Shown here one piece after another: positions 21,839 through 31,595 of a stretch of DNA of 64,000 nucleotides. Origin of the DNA: a virus; IMG/VR virus record IMGVR_UViG_3300021375_000007, positions 64,001-128,000 of that record; one strand, written 5' to 3'. The position numbers and the translations under genes are program-made. The notes beneath the pieces are model-generated. The model was given only the letters and a program-made list of their open reading frames with translations. It had not been told where the DNA came from and searched no databases. Position 1 is the stretch's first letter. Each line of letters opens with the position of its first letter.

Positions 21839-23722
21839 TTATAATTTAACAACTCTTCCTTTGATATCTGTATTCGGATATTTAACTTCGAATATAGATG
21901 GATCTAAAGAAGGATATATTATATTGTTACGTGTCGCGGCCTTGATATCATAAACATTACCACTATAACCCGCATTTGTATCAAATACATTTTTTACTTC
22001 AAATTCAACGACTGACTGTACACCTTCGACCTTATCTAAATCTGTCATGCAGTTACTAATACTAATCGGACCATTAACTTGATTGCGATCATTGCTAAAT
22101 TTTTCACGCAATACAGATAAACATCTTAATAATACTTCATTTGAATTATAATCAGGTCTTGTTATAATTTCAAACTCAATTTGAACATTAATAATAAATG
22201 CATCTTTAATACTTAATGCATCTGTTAATATTCGGTAATTAGATAAATAAGTTCGTAAATTTTCTTTTACAACATTATTAACTGGTACTAAATTTTTATT
22301 TGCATCAAATCCTAATAGGTAAACATCCAATCCTAATTGATTGGCAATTACATCTCTTGGATATTCTCTATCTGCCGTATTTAACTGACTATCCGGTGCT
22401 ATATACGCCTTTTCAACGCTACCATATTTAGCAGGCATTGCATATATACGCATTATATAATCTTCTTTTGTTACTGATCTATATTGAGAAGCAAAATTAC
22501 CTATAATATTTTGACGTAATGTTTCTACTGGTGGTAGATTAGAACCACCCGTGGCTGGTGTAGGATTATTAACCGCGATGCTATCTTTAGCATTTTGTAA
22601 CAATGTAGCATCTACTTCATCAACCGTAGTTAAATAAGTAACAGAGTCTACATTGGTAATTTCATTTGCACCTACATTATCATCTATACCTTTACCTACT
22701 GTATAAGTAACGGTTAATGTAATATTGTTAGGTGCTAACCCATAGGTATCAGTATATAAGAAATTGGATGGATCTAAAGCGGCATCGGTAGTACGTGATA
22801 TGACTGGTAATGATAACCCGACATTAGTTGGATTTGGTATAATAGCTTCATTAATACCACTACTAATACCAGCACCAAATTGGATCTCAACTCTACCATC
22901 ATCTCTCAACCGGCTAACAAACCGATGAGGAGTACGTGTTAATTTAAGTATATATGGAGCGGTAGATCGATTTGCTGATAATACCGGATCATTGTAAGAT
23001 ATATTACGAATGCTTTCGAATATTGTATCCTGGCCTAAGAATGGTACTTCTCTCCATCGGTTACCAGAATCATCAGTCATACTAACAATTTCAATAATAT
23101 TATTATCTGGCAATGCTATCTTATCATATATTTTTGGATCGCCGAAAGTAAAGGTTACGGTTTTTTGTGTACCGGAAATAACATCTACTTTCTTCTTAAG
23201 AAGATAGAAATCAACATTACCTGAGCCGTCAACACTATACACAGAAACATCTAATTCAGAATTACTACCAGATTGATGAAAGTCAACAACATCTAATGTA
23301 CGAAATTTTGTAGCACCATTGGTACTAACAATCATATTCTCATCCATTTCCAATGCATACCGGTAATCTGGTCTAGCAGCGGTACCGGTTCCAATTGCTG
23401 GTACGGTCTGGAAAACATCTAATTTAGCAACTGATGAAGCTACATTACGTGTCTGTACACCATAGAACTGAGATAACCGTAACATGTTTTCGGTTTCCTG
23501 AGCATATGGTAATAATGTTTCCTTTAAGGAATAATCAGTGTAATATGAAAGAACATCTCCTACATATGAAGCCATTTCCAAAAACATCATTCCTGGCGAT
23601 GATTCGTTAAAATCATTATAAGTATTAGGAAAATAGTTTTTAGTAAAGTTAATCAGGTTAGCTCTAAACTGCCCAAAATCTTTATTTAAATACTTAACGT
23701 CCTTTTCTACATATTCCGGCAT
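21839..23722 (-). CDS. Baseplate wedge subunit, T4 gp6-like
   Basis: KDFGQFRANL, YNDFNESSPGMMFLEMASYVGDVLSYY, IQFGAG, ATGG, RSVTKEDY. Confidence 0.85.
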   Translation of the reverse strand: MPEYVEKDVKYLNKDFGQFRANLINFTKNYFPNTYNDFNESSPGMMFLEMASYVGDVLSYYTDYSLKETLLPYAQETENMLRLSQFYGVQTRNVASSVAKLDVFQTVPAIGTGTAARPDYRYALEMDENMIVSTNGATKFRTLDVVDFHQSGSNSELDVSVYSVDGSGNVDFYLLKKKVDVISGTQKTVTFTFGDPKIYDKIALPDNNIIEIVSMTDDSGNRWREVPFLGQDTIFESIRNISYNDPVLSANRSTAPYILKLTRTPHRFVSRLRDDGRVEIQFGAGISSGINEAIIPNPTNVGLSLPVISRTTDAALDPSNFLYTDTYGLAPNNITLTVTYTVGKGIDDNVGANEITNVDSVTYLTTVDEVDATLLQNAKDSIAVNNPTPATGGSNLPPVETLRQNIIGNFASQYRSVTKEDYIMRIYAMPAKYGSVEKAYIAPDSQLNTADREYPRDVIANQLGLDVYLLGFDANKNLVPVNNVVKENLRTYLSNYRILTDALSIKDAFIINVQIEFEIITRPDYNSNEVLLRCLSVLREKFSNDRNQVNGPISISNCMTDLDKVEGVQSVVEFEVKNVFDTNAGYSGNVYDIKAATRNNIIYPSLDPSIFEVKYPNTDIKGRVVKL

Positions 23723-23724
23723 TT

Positions 23725-24234
23725 TTATTCCTCTATAATATCAGCTGCTGTATCAGACTGAAATAATACTATTCTTCTATTAGCACCTCGTTCGGTTACT
23801 CGGAATACTATACTTATACGCACCGTATTCTCATCCGGATATACTTCTGCCGTAACTTCATCTAATATAATATAAGGTAGCCAGAAATTAATTACTTCTG
23901 TCAAATCACCTTCGATATCAGAAACTTCGTCCGGTGTAATTGCAATGCCACCTCCTGCCGTAATATTACCAAATATATAATCCGGTACCGGACTACCAAA
24001 GGTTGGTAACATAATTCTTTCACCTCGACGAGTTAACAATAAGTTCTTTAAGTTTGAAATTGCTTGAGCTTCTGTTGTATATGTTATAGAGAAAACAGAC
24101 CCACCACCAGTATTAGCATTATATGCCTGTGTCGCGGTTCTTCCGCCAGCAGCATTATTAAATGGTAATGCAACCCCTATGCCTATATCTGGCTCGAGGT
24201 CTAATGGTTGGTATGTAAATGTTTCTCTAGCCAC
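23725..24234 (-). CDS. Baseplate protein, gp25-like
   Basis: NLKNLLLTRRGERIMLPTFGS...INFWLPYI. Confidence 0.85.
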   Translation of the reverse strand: MARETFTYQPLDLEPDIGIGVALPFNNAAGGRTATQAYNANTGGGSVFSITYTTEAQAISNLKNLLLTRRGERIMLPTFGSPVPDYIFGNITAGGGIAITPDEVSDIEGDLTEVINFWLPYIILDEVTAEVYPDENTVRISIVFRVTERGANRRIVLFQSDTAADIIEE

Positions 24235-24237
24235 TTA

Positions 24238-24717
24238 TCAAACACCTTTCTTTTTATTAATTGCTGACATCAATGCAGAATAATCTTTTGTAATATTATC
24301 AACTACTGCCGCCACTTTTACATTTGATGTATCAACTGGATTATTATTAATATCCGTTACGGGTTGCTGAGCATGTTGTCGCATCATGCCAAATCCTTGA
24401 GCGTCATTGCTACCAAAAGATAATGTATCCTGTGATACCATCGGTTGATCGCCATACATTTCTTTAGGATTCATTGTTAATGCTGTTTCATTTAATAGAT
24501 CATTTAAAATAGAATCTTTAGTAAAGGATGTATCTCTTTTTCTAGCCACTGGCTTTGGTGTACGTGTTTCTTGGTACATATCCATGCCATGTTTCATACT
24601 TTTTCTGTGATCCGTTTTTTGTTCTTTAAGAAGTGTACGCATTTCAGCCCTTACGGCTTTTCGTACTTCTTCACTAATTAGTTTTCGCATAACTTTAACA
24701 AATGATTTGCTATCCAT
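24238..24717 (-). CDS. Hypothetical late protein
   Basis: Late motif and AAGGA upstream; N-terminal LISEEV..LLKE. Confidence 0.5.
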   Translation of the reverse strand: MDSKSFVKVMRKLISEEVRKAVRAEMRTLLKEQKTDHRKSMKHGMDMYQETRTPKPVARKRDTSFTKDSILNDLLNETALTMNPKEMYGDQPMVSQDTLSFGSNDAQGFGMMRQHAQQPVTDINNNPVDTSNVKVAAVVDNITKDYSALMSAINKKKGV

Positions 24718-24731
24718 GAGTCTTCCTTTTT

Positions 24732-24740
24732 TATAAATAT
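24732..24740 (-). promoter_or_regulatory. Late-type motif ATATTTATA (representative copy)
   Basis: ATATTTAT recurs upstream of at least 15 starts. Confidence 0.6.
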
Positions 24741-24754
24741 ATGTATAGTGTAGT

Positions 24755-25450
24755 TTAGGTGATTCCAGACCAGGTGATAATATTTATCGGTAATGTACTG
24801 CCTGGAGGCATAAATCCTATATAAATGCCAAATAGCGTAGATAAATGGTTACGGAATGCTTGTGCTAATAATTGTGCAGATTGTTCGTGAGTATTGCCTG
24901 GTGTAAATGCTAGCATGAGTTCAGCTTCTAATTGTTGCGGTACGCCTGGAAATAATACTATAGGACTAGGTATTGCAACAAGCGGGTCACCTACAATCGG
25001 ACCGTCGGTAATTGCATTTCGCAGCTCATTTTCTGCTATCGGTACAGTGCTATCAGCCATTGCCTGATCCATAATGTCGTTAAATTGTATATTTGGAATA
25101 AAGAACCCTGCTACTACTGGAGCTATTGTTGGTGGTGCTGCTGGAAATGGATTAAGAATGACCCCACCAGGACTCCAATACTTTATTATACCATTAGCTA
25201 ATCCTGAATATGAGCTAGGGGAAGTCGACTCTGCAGATTTTTCATTAGCACTAAATACCCCCTCGAAGGCATCTATTAGAATATCAATTTTAGGTACTAG
25301 TGTGGTTTGGCCGAATTGTGTCTGTGCTGGAGCTGTTGCGATTAAGTATTGAGCGGCTAGAAATTTTGCAGCTTCCTTGGCTCCCGTGGCAGGTGCCGTT
25401 CTAAAATATGTTGCAACGGATTGTTCAAATATATTCCACTGTGCTGGCAT
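24755..25450 (-). CDS. Hypothetical baseplate-region protein
   Basis: Coupled to the gp5-like gene. Confidence 0.45.
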   Translation of the reverse strand: MPAQWNIFEQSVATYFRTAPATGAKEAAKFLAAQYLIATAPAQTQFGQTTLVPKIDILIDAFEGVFSANEKSAESTSPSSYSGLANGIIKYWSPGGVILNPFPAAPPTIAPVVAGFFIPNIQFNDIMDQAMADSTVPIAENELRNAITDGPIVGDPLVAIPSPIVLFPGVPQQLEAELMLAFTPGNTHEQSAQLLAQAFRNHLSTLFGIYIGFMPPGSTLPINIITWSGIT

Positions 25451-26493
25451 TATTGACGCATTGCTTTAAGTTGGCCTAATAATAGTGTCAACTCAGGAAC
25501 TGCACCCGGAGCGCCTACCGTAGGACCGGTACCTGTTAAATATTGATATTGGGGGCTAGCAGATGCTTGTTCCTGGAGTAATGATATTAAATCTTCTAAT
25601 ACAGTAAACAATGAATCTAAATCCATTGCCCAATTCGGAGTTGCAACAGTTACTGTTTTCTTAGCTGATAATATAACCTCATCTTTCTTGCTATTGAATA
25701 CCAATCGATCCGATGTAATTATTACCTGTGCTCCAGAATATGTTGAACTAGGCTGTACTCCGGCCACGACGCCTAAGTTAGATTGAGCTGATTTGAATTT
25801 TGGTAACTTTTGATCGCTAGTTAATACTATTAAACTTTTTGTAGCATCAAAATCTTCGTTAACGGTTTTATTATCGCCATCCTTTTTCCATCCATTGGAT
25901 AATATCGTAATTGGCGATTTGTTACCTCCTTGAAATATACCACATGGTTTATTTGAATATTCGGTACGACCTTTAGTCCAACTAGTAGAAAATCTTAATC
26001 CAGACCCAAATCGGCTACTAAATATTATATCACCTTCATATGGTTGTAAGGACGATACACGGTCTTCTTCCTCCCATGATGGCGAGGACTTACTCTTACC
26101 TACGTTCCAATCGAACTGTTCTGTACGGCTGTCATTTGCCGCCTTAAACCAATATGTGCCTGGCGTAGGATTAATATTTTGATTATTGAATATATTAACC
26201 GTATTAAGATAATAATATTGGGTATCATATACAAGCGTATCCGTCTCTTCACCTGGTCCAGTACATACTAATACTATCTCACCTATTATAGGTACAGTGA
26301 ATCCATATTTGTTAAATGGCCGGATGCCATTAATGATGCTTGAGTTTCTTGAACTTAAAGGCCGTACGGATATTAGGTTGTTGATTTCAGGAGCCTGTTC
26401 TGGTACCGGTACCGGATTATCTGGACCTTTGAATCGAGTACCAAAATCATCGGGAGTCTCAACTACTTCAGCATAGAAGAAATTTGCATTCAC
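25450..26493 (-). CDS. Putative baseplate hub/spike protein (gp5-like)
   Basis: VPIIGEIVLV OB-like segment, YEGDIIFSSRFG, beta-rich C-terminus ending TGTGPT; position next to gp25/gp6. Confidence 0.55.
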   Translation of the reverse strand: MNANFFYAEVVETPDDFGTRFKGPDNPVPVPEQAPEINNLISVRPLSSRNSSIINGIRPFNKYGFTVPIIGEIVLVCTGPGEETDTLVYDTQYYYLNTVNIFNNQNINPTPGTYWFKAANDSRTEQFDWNVGKSKSSPSWEEEDRVSSLQPYEGDIIFSSRFGSGLRFSTSWTKGRTEYSNKPCGIFQGGNKSPITILSNGWKKDGDNKTVNEDFDATKSLIVLTSDQKLPKFKSAQSNLGVVAGVQPSSTYSGAQVIITSDRLVFNSKKDEVILSAKKTVTVATPNWAMDLDSLFTVLEDLISLLQEQASASPQYQYLTGTGPTVGAPGAVPELTLLLGQLKAMRQ

Positions 26494-26852
26494 TCTTCAT
26501 TCTCCTTTTGAATTTGAGCTAATTCTTCTTCCGCGGCTTGCATTAGCCTTTCACGTTCAAGTTCGGTCATTCCAAAATCATCACCTACATCCGAGGTTTT
26601 ACTGGACGCTGATACTAGTCGTTGAACGATTGCGGCTAACTTAATTAAATGATCATCGTTTTTAACTTGAACATCTAAATACTCTTTCATTATAGGAGCT
26701 ATTATAGTAGCATCTCCTATATTCTTAATAAGAGGTCTTAATTCTTGTATTAAGGTGGTTATTTGACGGTCTTTCTTCTTGGAATTATGATAGATATCCT
26801 TCATGAGATCCGAGAACGTAGTACCGTTAAAAAGTTCAAATTCTGAATTCAT
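26490..26852 (-). CDS. Hypothetical protein
   Basis: Late motif at 26866-26874. Confidence 0.5.
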   Translation of the reverse strand: MNSEFELFNGTTFSDLMKDIYHNSKKKDRQITTLIQELRPLIKNIGDATIIAPIMKEYLDVQVKNDDHLIKLAAIVQRLVSASSKTSDVGDDFGMTELERERLMQAAEEELAQIQKENEE

Positions 26853-26876
26853 ACTAACCCTTTATTATAAATATGG

Positions 26877-27578
26877 TTAGATTGTATTCTGATGCAGCCA
26901 CCCCGTTTGTTGGTAATTAAGAAACATACGCTTGAAGTCTGACTTCATTACATTAATAACTCGAGTTATGTTTTGAGTTTTAAATCCGGTTCTTTCTCGA
27001 ATAAGAATATACAATGCTTTCTTATTGAAATTTTCGATGTTATCGCGTATACGGAATAATTCTAATACCGAATCTGCTACGGCGATATCTTTACGGTTGG
27101 TAAATACTTTATTCATGTTCTCATCATACCATTCAATGTATAAATTAATAAAGTCTTTCAATTGCTCTTGATAATCAGTATACCCCATTTCTGAAGTCAG
27201 ATTACGTTGCTCATCAACCTCAACCAATTCAGCCTTACGTTTCATACGCTTGTAATTGGTATTATTATTAATAATTAGATAATTCTTTGCAATAATTGAG
27301 AAGTATGAAAAGGCTTTACCTTTACCTTCTTTAAATTTATGTATCTTTTCATTTAAAAATGCAACAACTTCGTGCTGAACATCTTCAGATGGTACATCAA
27401 AATAATAAAATTTAAAAGTATGTATGATATTTTCTGATAGCTTATCAAATGGATACTTGATATGTTCCTTATATATTTTTGAACGTTGTATAGGATCTTC
27501 TGTCTTATTATATAAGATAATAGCATCCTCTGTTTCTTGTGTGAAATAAAAATTCTTAGTTTTCTTCCGCCCCATCAA
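26877..27578 (-). CDS. Late-transcription sigma factor, T4 gp55-like
   Basis: EDVQHEVVAFLNEKIHKF...KAFSYFSIIAKNYLI resembles sigma region 2 of gp55-type factors. Confidence 0.65.
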   Translation of the reverse strand: MMGRKKTKNFYFTQETEDAIILYNKTEDPIQRSKIYKEHIKYPFDKLSENIIHTFKFYYFDVPSEDVQHEVVAFLNEKIHKFKEGKGKAFSYFSIIAKNYLIINNNTNYKRMKRKAELVEVDEQRNLTSEMGYTDYQEQLKDFINLYIEWYDENMNKVFTNRKDIAVADSVLELFRIRDNIENFNKKALYILIRERTGFKTQNITRVINVMKSDFKRMFLNYQQTGWLHQNTI

Positions 27579-27858
27579 ATTCTTTGTTTAATTCTTCTAC
27601 AATATCTTTAAGTGTATTAAAGATTACCCCGGTCTCATCATCTGCTTCAAAAGAACCTATGCGATCCAATTGACGTATATATGAATAATTATTATTTGAT
27701 TTTTTACGTACTGATTCAAAAAATGCATTATATCTAGAATTAGATGATTCTAATTGTTCAACATACTCTTCCACATTTTCTAATTTACGTAATAGATTAA
27801 TTATAACCGGAATCAATATAATTAATATTACCGATACTATACCTAATGCCCATTCCAT
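27556..27858 (-). CDS. Membrane-anchored coiled-coil protein
   Basis: N-terminal hydrophobic helix. Confidence 0.5.
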   Translation of the reverse strand: MEWALGIVSVILIILIPVIINLLRKLENVEEYVEQLESSNSRYNAFFESVRKKSNNNYSYIRQLDRIGSFEADDETGVIFNTLKDIVEELNKEFDGAEEN

Positions 27859-28607
27859 TATTCAAATAATCCTTTAAAGATATCATCAACTTTATTATCG
27901 GATGATGATATTGATTTAGCATTTACTTTTTTAACTGGTGCCTTTTTAGGTGCATTGTTACTACCCGTCTTCCATCTTTCATATTCTATAACGGACGCCA
28001 TATGGTCTGCATGATGCAATACGATTGGCAAGCTAACTCTTAATCTGGAATCTGGGAATCTAGATATATAATATGGTTTATTCGATTCGTCATATAATCC
28101 ATCATGGATACGAATAGCCTGGTATTCATTCCAAGATACTTTTACATTATATTGTTGTAACATCCATAAACCTAAATCAGGTACCATTGCAAATGGATTC
28201 TCTGGGTTTACTTTATAGATGCGTCCTTGGTTCTTACGATGCCATTCGGAATCATTTGGAATATATATTTCACCATTCTTGCCTGGCCAACCTACTTTAC
28301 CGAGATCATGATGAATGGCAGCAAACTTAAGTTCGTTCATATCATATCCAGACATATCTGATCCCATTGCTTCCCATGAATTATAAACCGTGGCAGCGCA
28401 ATCATATACGCGTAATATATGGTCTACATAACCACCTGGAAATGCATTATGGAAATGTTCCATACTCGAAGCTGGCATTAACATAATGCGTTCTTCAAAT
28501 TCATCGTATATAACGTTTAGAGCTTCTGCTCTATCTGGAAACTCTTCGTTTATAATAGTTCTTAAACGGTTCCAATTCTCTTGTATTTGTTCAGCTGTTA
28601 GTTTCAT
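27858..28607 (-). CDS. HD-domain phosphohydrolase
   Basis: FHNAFPGGYVDH, AIHHDLGKVG, IRIHDG, LHHADH. Confidence 0.8.
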   Translation of the reverse strand: MKLTAEQIQENWNRLRTIINEEFPDRAEALNVIYDEFEERIMLMPASSMEHFHNAFPGGYVDHILRVYDCAATVYNSWEAMGSDMSGYDMNELKFAAIHHDLGKVGWPGKNGEIYIPNDSEWHRKNQGRIYKVNPENPFAMVPDLGLWMLQQYNVKVSWNEYQAIRIHDGLYDESNKPYYISRFPDSRLRVSLPIVLHHADHMASVIEYERWKTGSNNAPKKAPVKKVNAKSISSSDNKVDDIFKGLFE

Positions 28608-28644
28608 ATATCTTTATTTAATAAAACAATATAATAAAATAATA

Positions 28645-28833
28645 TTAAAGTTCCAAATGCTTTGTAACGCAAGTAGAACATAATACCGCCACTACATCAT
28701 CCATGGCCCTAACATACTTATCACATAATGAATACCGATAGTATTTATCTTCTTTATCAGATCCACGACATATCATATGACGATCGCCATTGATAGTTTT
28801 TGTTTTGAAATTATACTTTAATTTTTTTGCCAT
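28645..28833 (-). CDS. Small Cys-containing hypothetical protein
   Basis: C..C..CSTC, possible zinc ribbon. Confidence 0.4.
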   Translation of the reverse strand: MAKKLKYNFKTKTINGDRHMICRGSDKEDKYYRYSLCDKYVRAMDDVVAVLCSTCVTKHLEL

Positions 28834-28847
28834 AACTTTTTATTAAT

Positions 28848-29828
28848 TTAGTAACTAGATACGCTTTTTGTTTTGGTCGGTACTACTGGGTTAACTTCTT
28901 TTTCTTCAATTACATTTTCTTCAATGAGAGGCGCCTCCCCATTGATATCTTCGACCATGCTATTTAAGACCTGATCTAAAGCATCATCCTCATCGAATTC
29001 TGTCGGCGTAATTTTTTCTTCTAACATATCTTCTTTTTTAGTGTTATAAAATATAGTATTAGCAGCAATTACTAATGCCACTGCTAATGGATCAAATACT
29101 AGCATTAATGCAATTATAAACCAATTCACTACCTGGTCTATTGTTTTATCTGTTAATTTAGCAATATACTTTAATGGACCGATTTCAGCTGCTATATCAG
29201 AATCGGTTTCTATATCTAATTTAATTATATCAATTCGAGTTATAGAATCTACTAAGGCCTCTTCAGTCGATGATAATTTATCTCGCTGTGCCTTTGAATC
29301 ATTTAATTGCCGCTCCAACACCTTACGCGTTGCACTTGATGTTGTTGTGATAATATTACCATCTTCATCTTTATATTGTATTACGTTATTAGATAATCCT
29401 TTAGATAATTCCTTAATACTTTCTGCTAGTGAATTCCGTTCAGTTCGTATATCCTCTAATTGCACCGAAAATCTATCTCTTTTTAATTCATATACGGCTA
29501 TATTTTTATCTATTACTTCAAGTTTATTAGAGGTCTCGGAATATGCACTACTTAAATAACCATAGATACCACCTGAGGTAATAATCATCAATATACCAAC
29601 GGCAATGGTTAAATATACCTTTAATAACGCATTTAACCTAGACCAATATTGATAAAGTAGTGATGCTATAACTAATTTTGCAATTTCTAAACTACCAGCC
29701 ATAATTGCTACTTGAATAGAAGCGCCGGCAAACATTTTACTTAATCCTATAACTGAATAAAAAGCTGCAGACAGTGATACTGATAGCGCGGATAATGCCA
29801 CCAGATAAGGTAATACTTTACGTTCCAT
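28848..29828 (-). CDS. Multi-pass membrane protein with coiled-coil domain
   Basis: Three N-terminal TM helices, coiled coil, IGPLKYIA, C-terminal TM VFDPLAV. Confidence 0.6.
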   Translation of the reverse strand: MERKVLPYLVALSALSVSLSAAFYSVIGLSKMFAGASIQVAIMAGSLEIAKLVIASLLYQYWSRLNALLKVYLTIAVGILMIITSGGIYGYLSSAYSETSNKLEVIDKNIAVYELKRDRFSVQLEDIRTERNSLAESIKELSKGLSNNVIQYKDEDGNIITTTSSATRKVLERQLNDSKAQRDKLSSTEEALVDSITRIDIIKLDIETDSDIAAEIGPLKYIAKLTDKTIDQVVNWFIIALMLVFDPLAVALVIAANTIFYNTKKEDMLEEKITPTEFDEDDALDQVLNSMVEDINGEAPLIEENVIEEKEVNPVVPTKTKSVSSY

Positions 29829-29878
29829 TTATTTTTGGGTAACTATTAAGGATCCAATATCCTATTATAGTTATTTTA

Positions 29879-30196
29879 TTATACTAGTTTACGACTCCAT
29901 GGTAATCCACTAGCGGTTTGTCTGGCGCTTCGGGCAGCGATTTTAGCATCTAAAATAGATTGAACTTCTGCCTCGATAGCGGCTACATCAACTTCTGACT
30001 TAACCCAGGCTACTACATCAATTTCTTTTAGATCTTGGTAACCAATAAAATCAGGGGATGATGGATCACCTGTTAGGTTAACAACTCCTCGTTTATCTGA
30101 TACTAGTTCTTTATCGTTTGCTATTACGCGATAATTTATTTTAATTATCAAACCATCGCTTATCTGGCGTTGCATTTTTTCAATTTTCCACTTCAT
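29879..30196 (-). CDS. Putative tail fibre chaperone/adaptor
   Basis: FIGYQDLKEIDVVAWVK...GLPW pattern; follows fibre gene. Confidence 0.5.
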   Translation of the reverse strand: MKWKIEKMQRQISDGLIIKINYRVIANDKELVSDKRGVVNLTGDPSSPDFIGYQDLKEIDVVAWVKSEVDVAAIEAEVQSILDAKIAARSARQTASGLPWSRKLV

Positions 30197-30238
30197 TTTG
30201 CTATGCTTTTTTAGATCCGTATTAATTTTTATATCTGC

Positions 30239-31156
30239 TTATGTCATTCTTATTCTTAATGCCCCTGCATTATTATATATACCTCCTACTGGTACTCCTC
30301 CGGCTGCGGCAGCTATATCATTTGCATAGTCAAGATTGGTTATTTGCGCTGATACGACTTGTTCTTGAAAGAACTGCATCACTGCAGTCCCAGTCACGTT
30401 GCTAATCTCAAGAAGAGAAGCGGATGTATCGGATATAGTGGTGCTTAATTGAAACCCCGAGGTTCCTAATTCTAATATTAGATCTTCTCCATTATCCAAT
30501 ACCTGCCCTATATCCCATTTTGCATCTTCACCTTCAACAGTGAAAGCTGTACTGATATCAACATGCGTACCATCATCAGCTGTAAAAAGCAGACCATCGT
30601 TTATCTGCCCGGCAGGAGTTCCGCCCATGGCAGTTAGGTCATACCCCCTTAGAGTTCTAGATAGAATCGAGCCAGAATTTTGCGAACCAGAATAATGTGG
30701 TACATTCAATGTTTGGGCTGAGACTTGAGTTGGAAATGAACCCATTCCTGGAATAATGGTATCCCCATCACCTACATAATTTCTTAGTACATAACTACTA
30801 CTAGCTGGGGCGTAACTGCCCGTGACTATAGAAGCAAACACGCTACCTGAAAATGCAAGATCTGTAATAGTCCCACCTTGATTAAGTTGGTATGATCTTA
30901 AGAATAGAGCATCCTCATCTGTTATAAAACTAACTGCATCTGTGAAGTCAACATTAAGGGTTCCACTTATATCCGCGGATCCGGTAAATGGGAAAGCAGC
31001 TCCTCCACCACCTCCGCCTGTGCCGTATACGGTTACGGCTCCTGATGATTCTTTAGTAAATAATTCACCTGATTCATTTACTGAGATTAAAGTATTTCCA
31101 GATCCTGGTGCTGTCACCGATCCTGAATTTACTTGTTTTTGGTATATTCCGCTCAT
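30239..31156 (-). CDS. Putative tail fibre/receptor-binding protein
   Basis: N-terminus paralogous to 31596-33374; C-terminal YANDIAAAAGGVPVGGIY motif. Confidence 0.55.
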   Translation of the reverse strand: MSGIYQKQVNSGSVTAPGSGNTLISVNESGELFTKESSGAVTVYGTGGGGGGAAFPFTGSADISGTLNVDFTDAVSFITDEDALFLRSYQLNQGGTITDLAFSGSVFASIVTGSYAPASSSYVLRNYVGDGDTIIPGMGSFPTQVSAQTLNVPHYSGSQNSGSILSRTLRGYDLTAMGGTPAGQINDGLLFTADDGTHVDISTAFTVEGEDAKWDIGQVLDNGEDLILELGTSGFQLSTTISDTSASLLEISNVTGTAVMQFFQEQVVSAQITNLDYANDIAAAAGGVPVGGIYNNAGALRIRMT

Positions 31157-31168
31157 TTTTGTGTTCCT

Positions 31169-31561
31169 TTAAGGTTTTTTAGGATATGTAACTAAGTTAG
31201 GATTGATAGTTTCCATTAGGCCATCTTTAATAGCTGTTATTGCAGCAACATATTCATTCCATTGGGATTGGGTGCCACTAGGAACATCAGCTAATAGATC
31301 ATCACATTCCTTAACAACTTTAGCTTTAGCTTTTACTGTTTCCCATAGTTCGGTCCATGTTCCGGCATCATAAGAATATAATTTGGTTACCAGACTGGTA
31401 GGTAAAGTAACATCTTCTACTATATCACTATTAGAAGCGGTAACACCCCAAAGTAATAAATCAGATCCAATACTTGTTTTATCTCCATCTTGAGATATAA
31501 CAATATCATCTTCACATTTTGTTAATACTACTTTACTATTTTTATCTACTAATATTTTCAT
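31169..31561 (-). CDS. Putative tail fibre assembly protein
   Basis: C-terminal WNEYVAAIT...VTYPKKP resembles Tfa-type chaperones. Confidence 0.5.
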   Translation of the reverse strand: MKILVDKNSKVVLTKCEDDIVISQDGDKTSIGSDLLLWGVTASNSDIVEDVTLPTSLVTKLYSYDAGTWTELWETVKAKAKVVKECDDLLADVPSGTQSQWNEYVAAITAIKDGLMETINPNLVTYPKKP

Positions 31562-31595
31562 GGTTATATTTTATTTTCAATTAGTTTTTAACGTA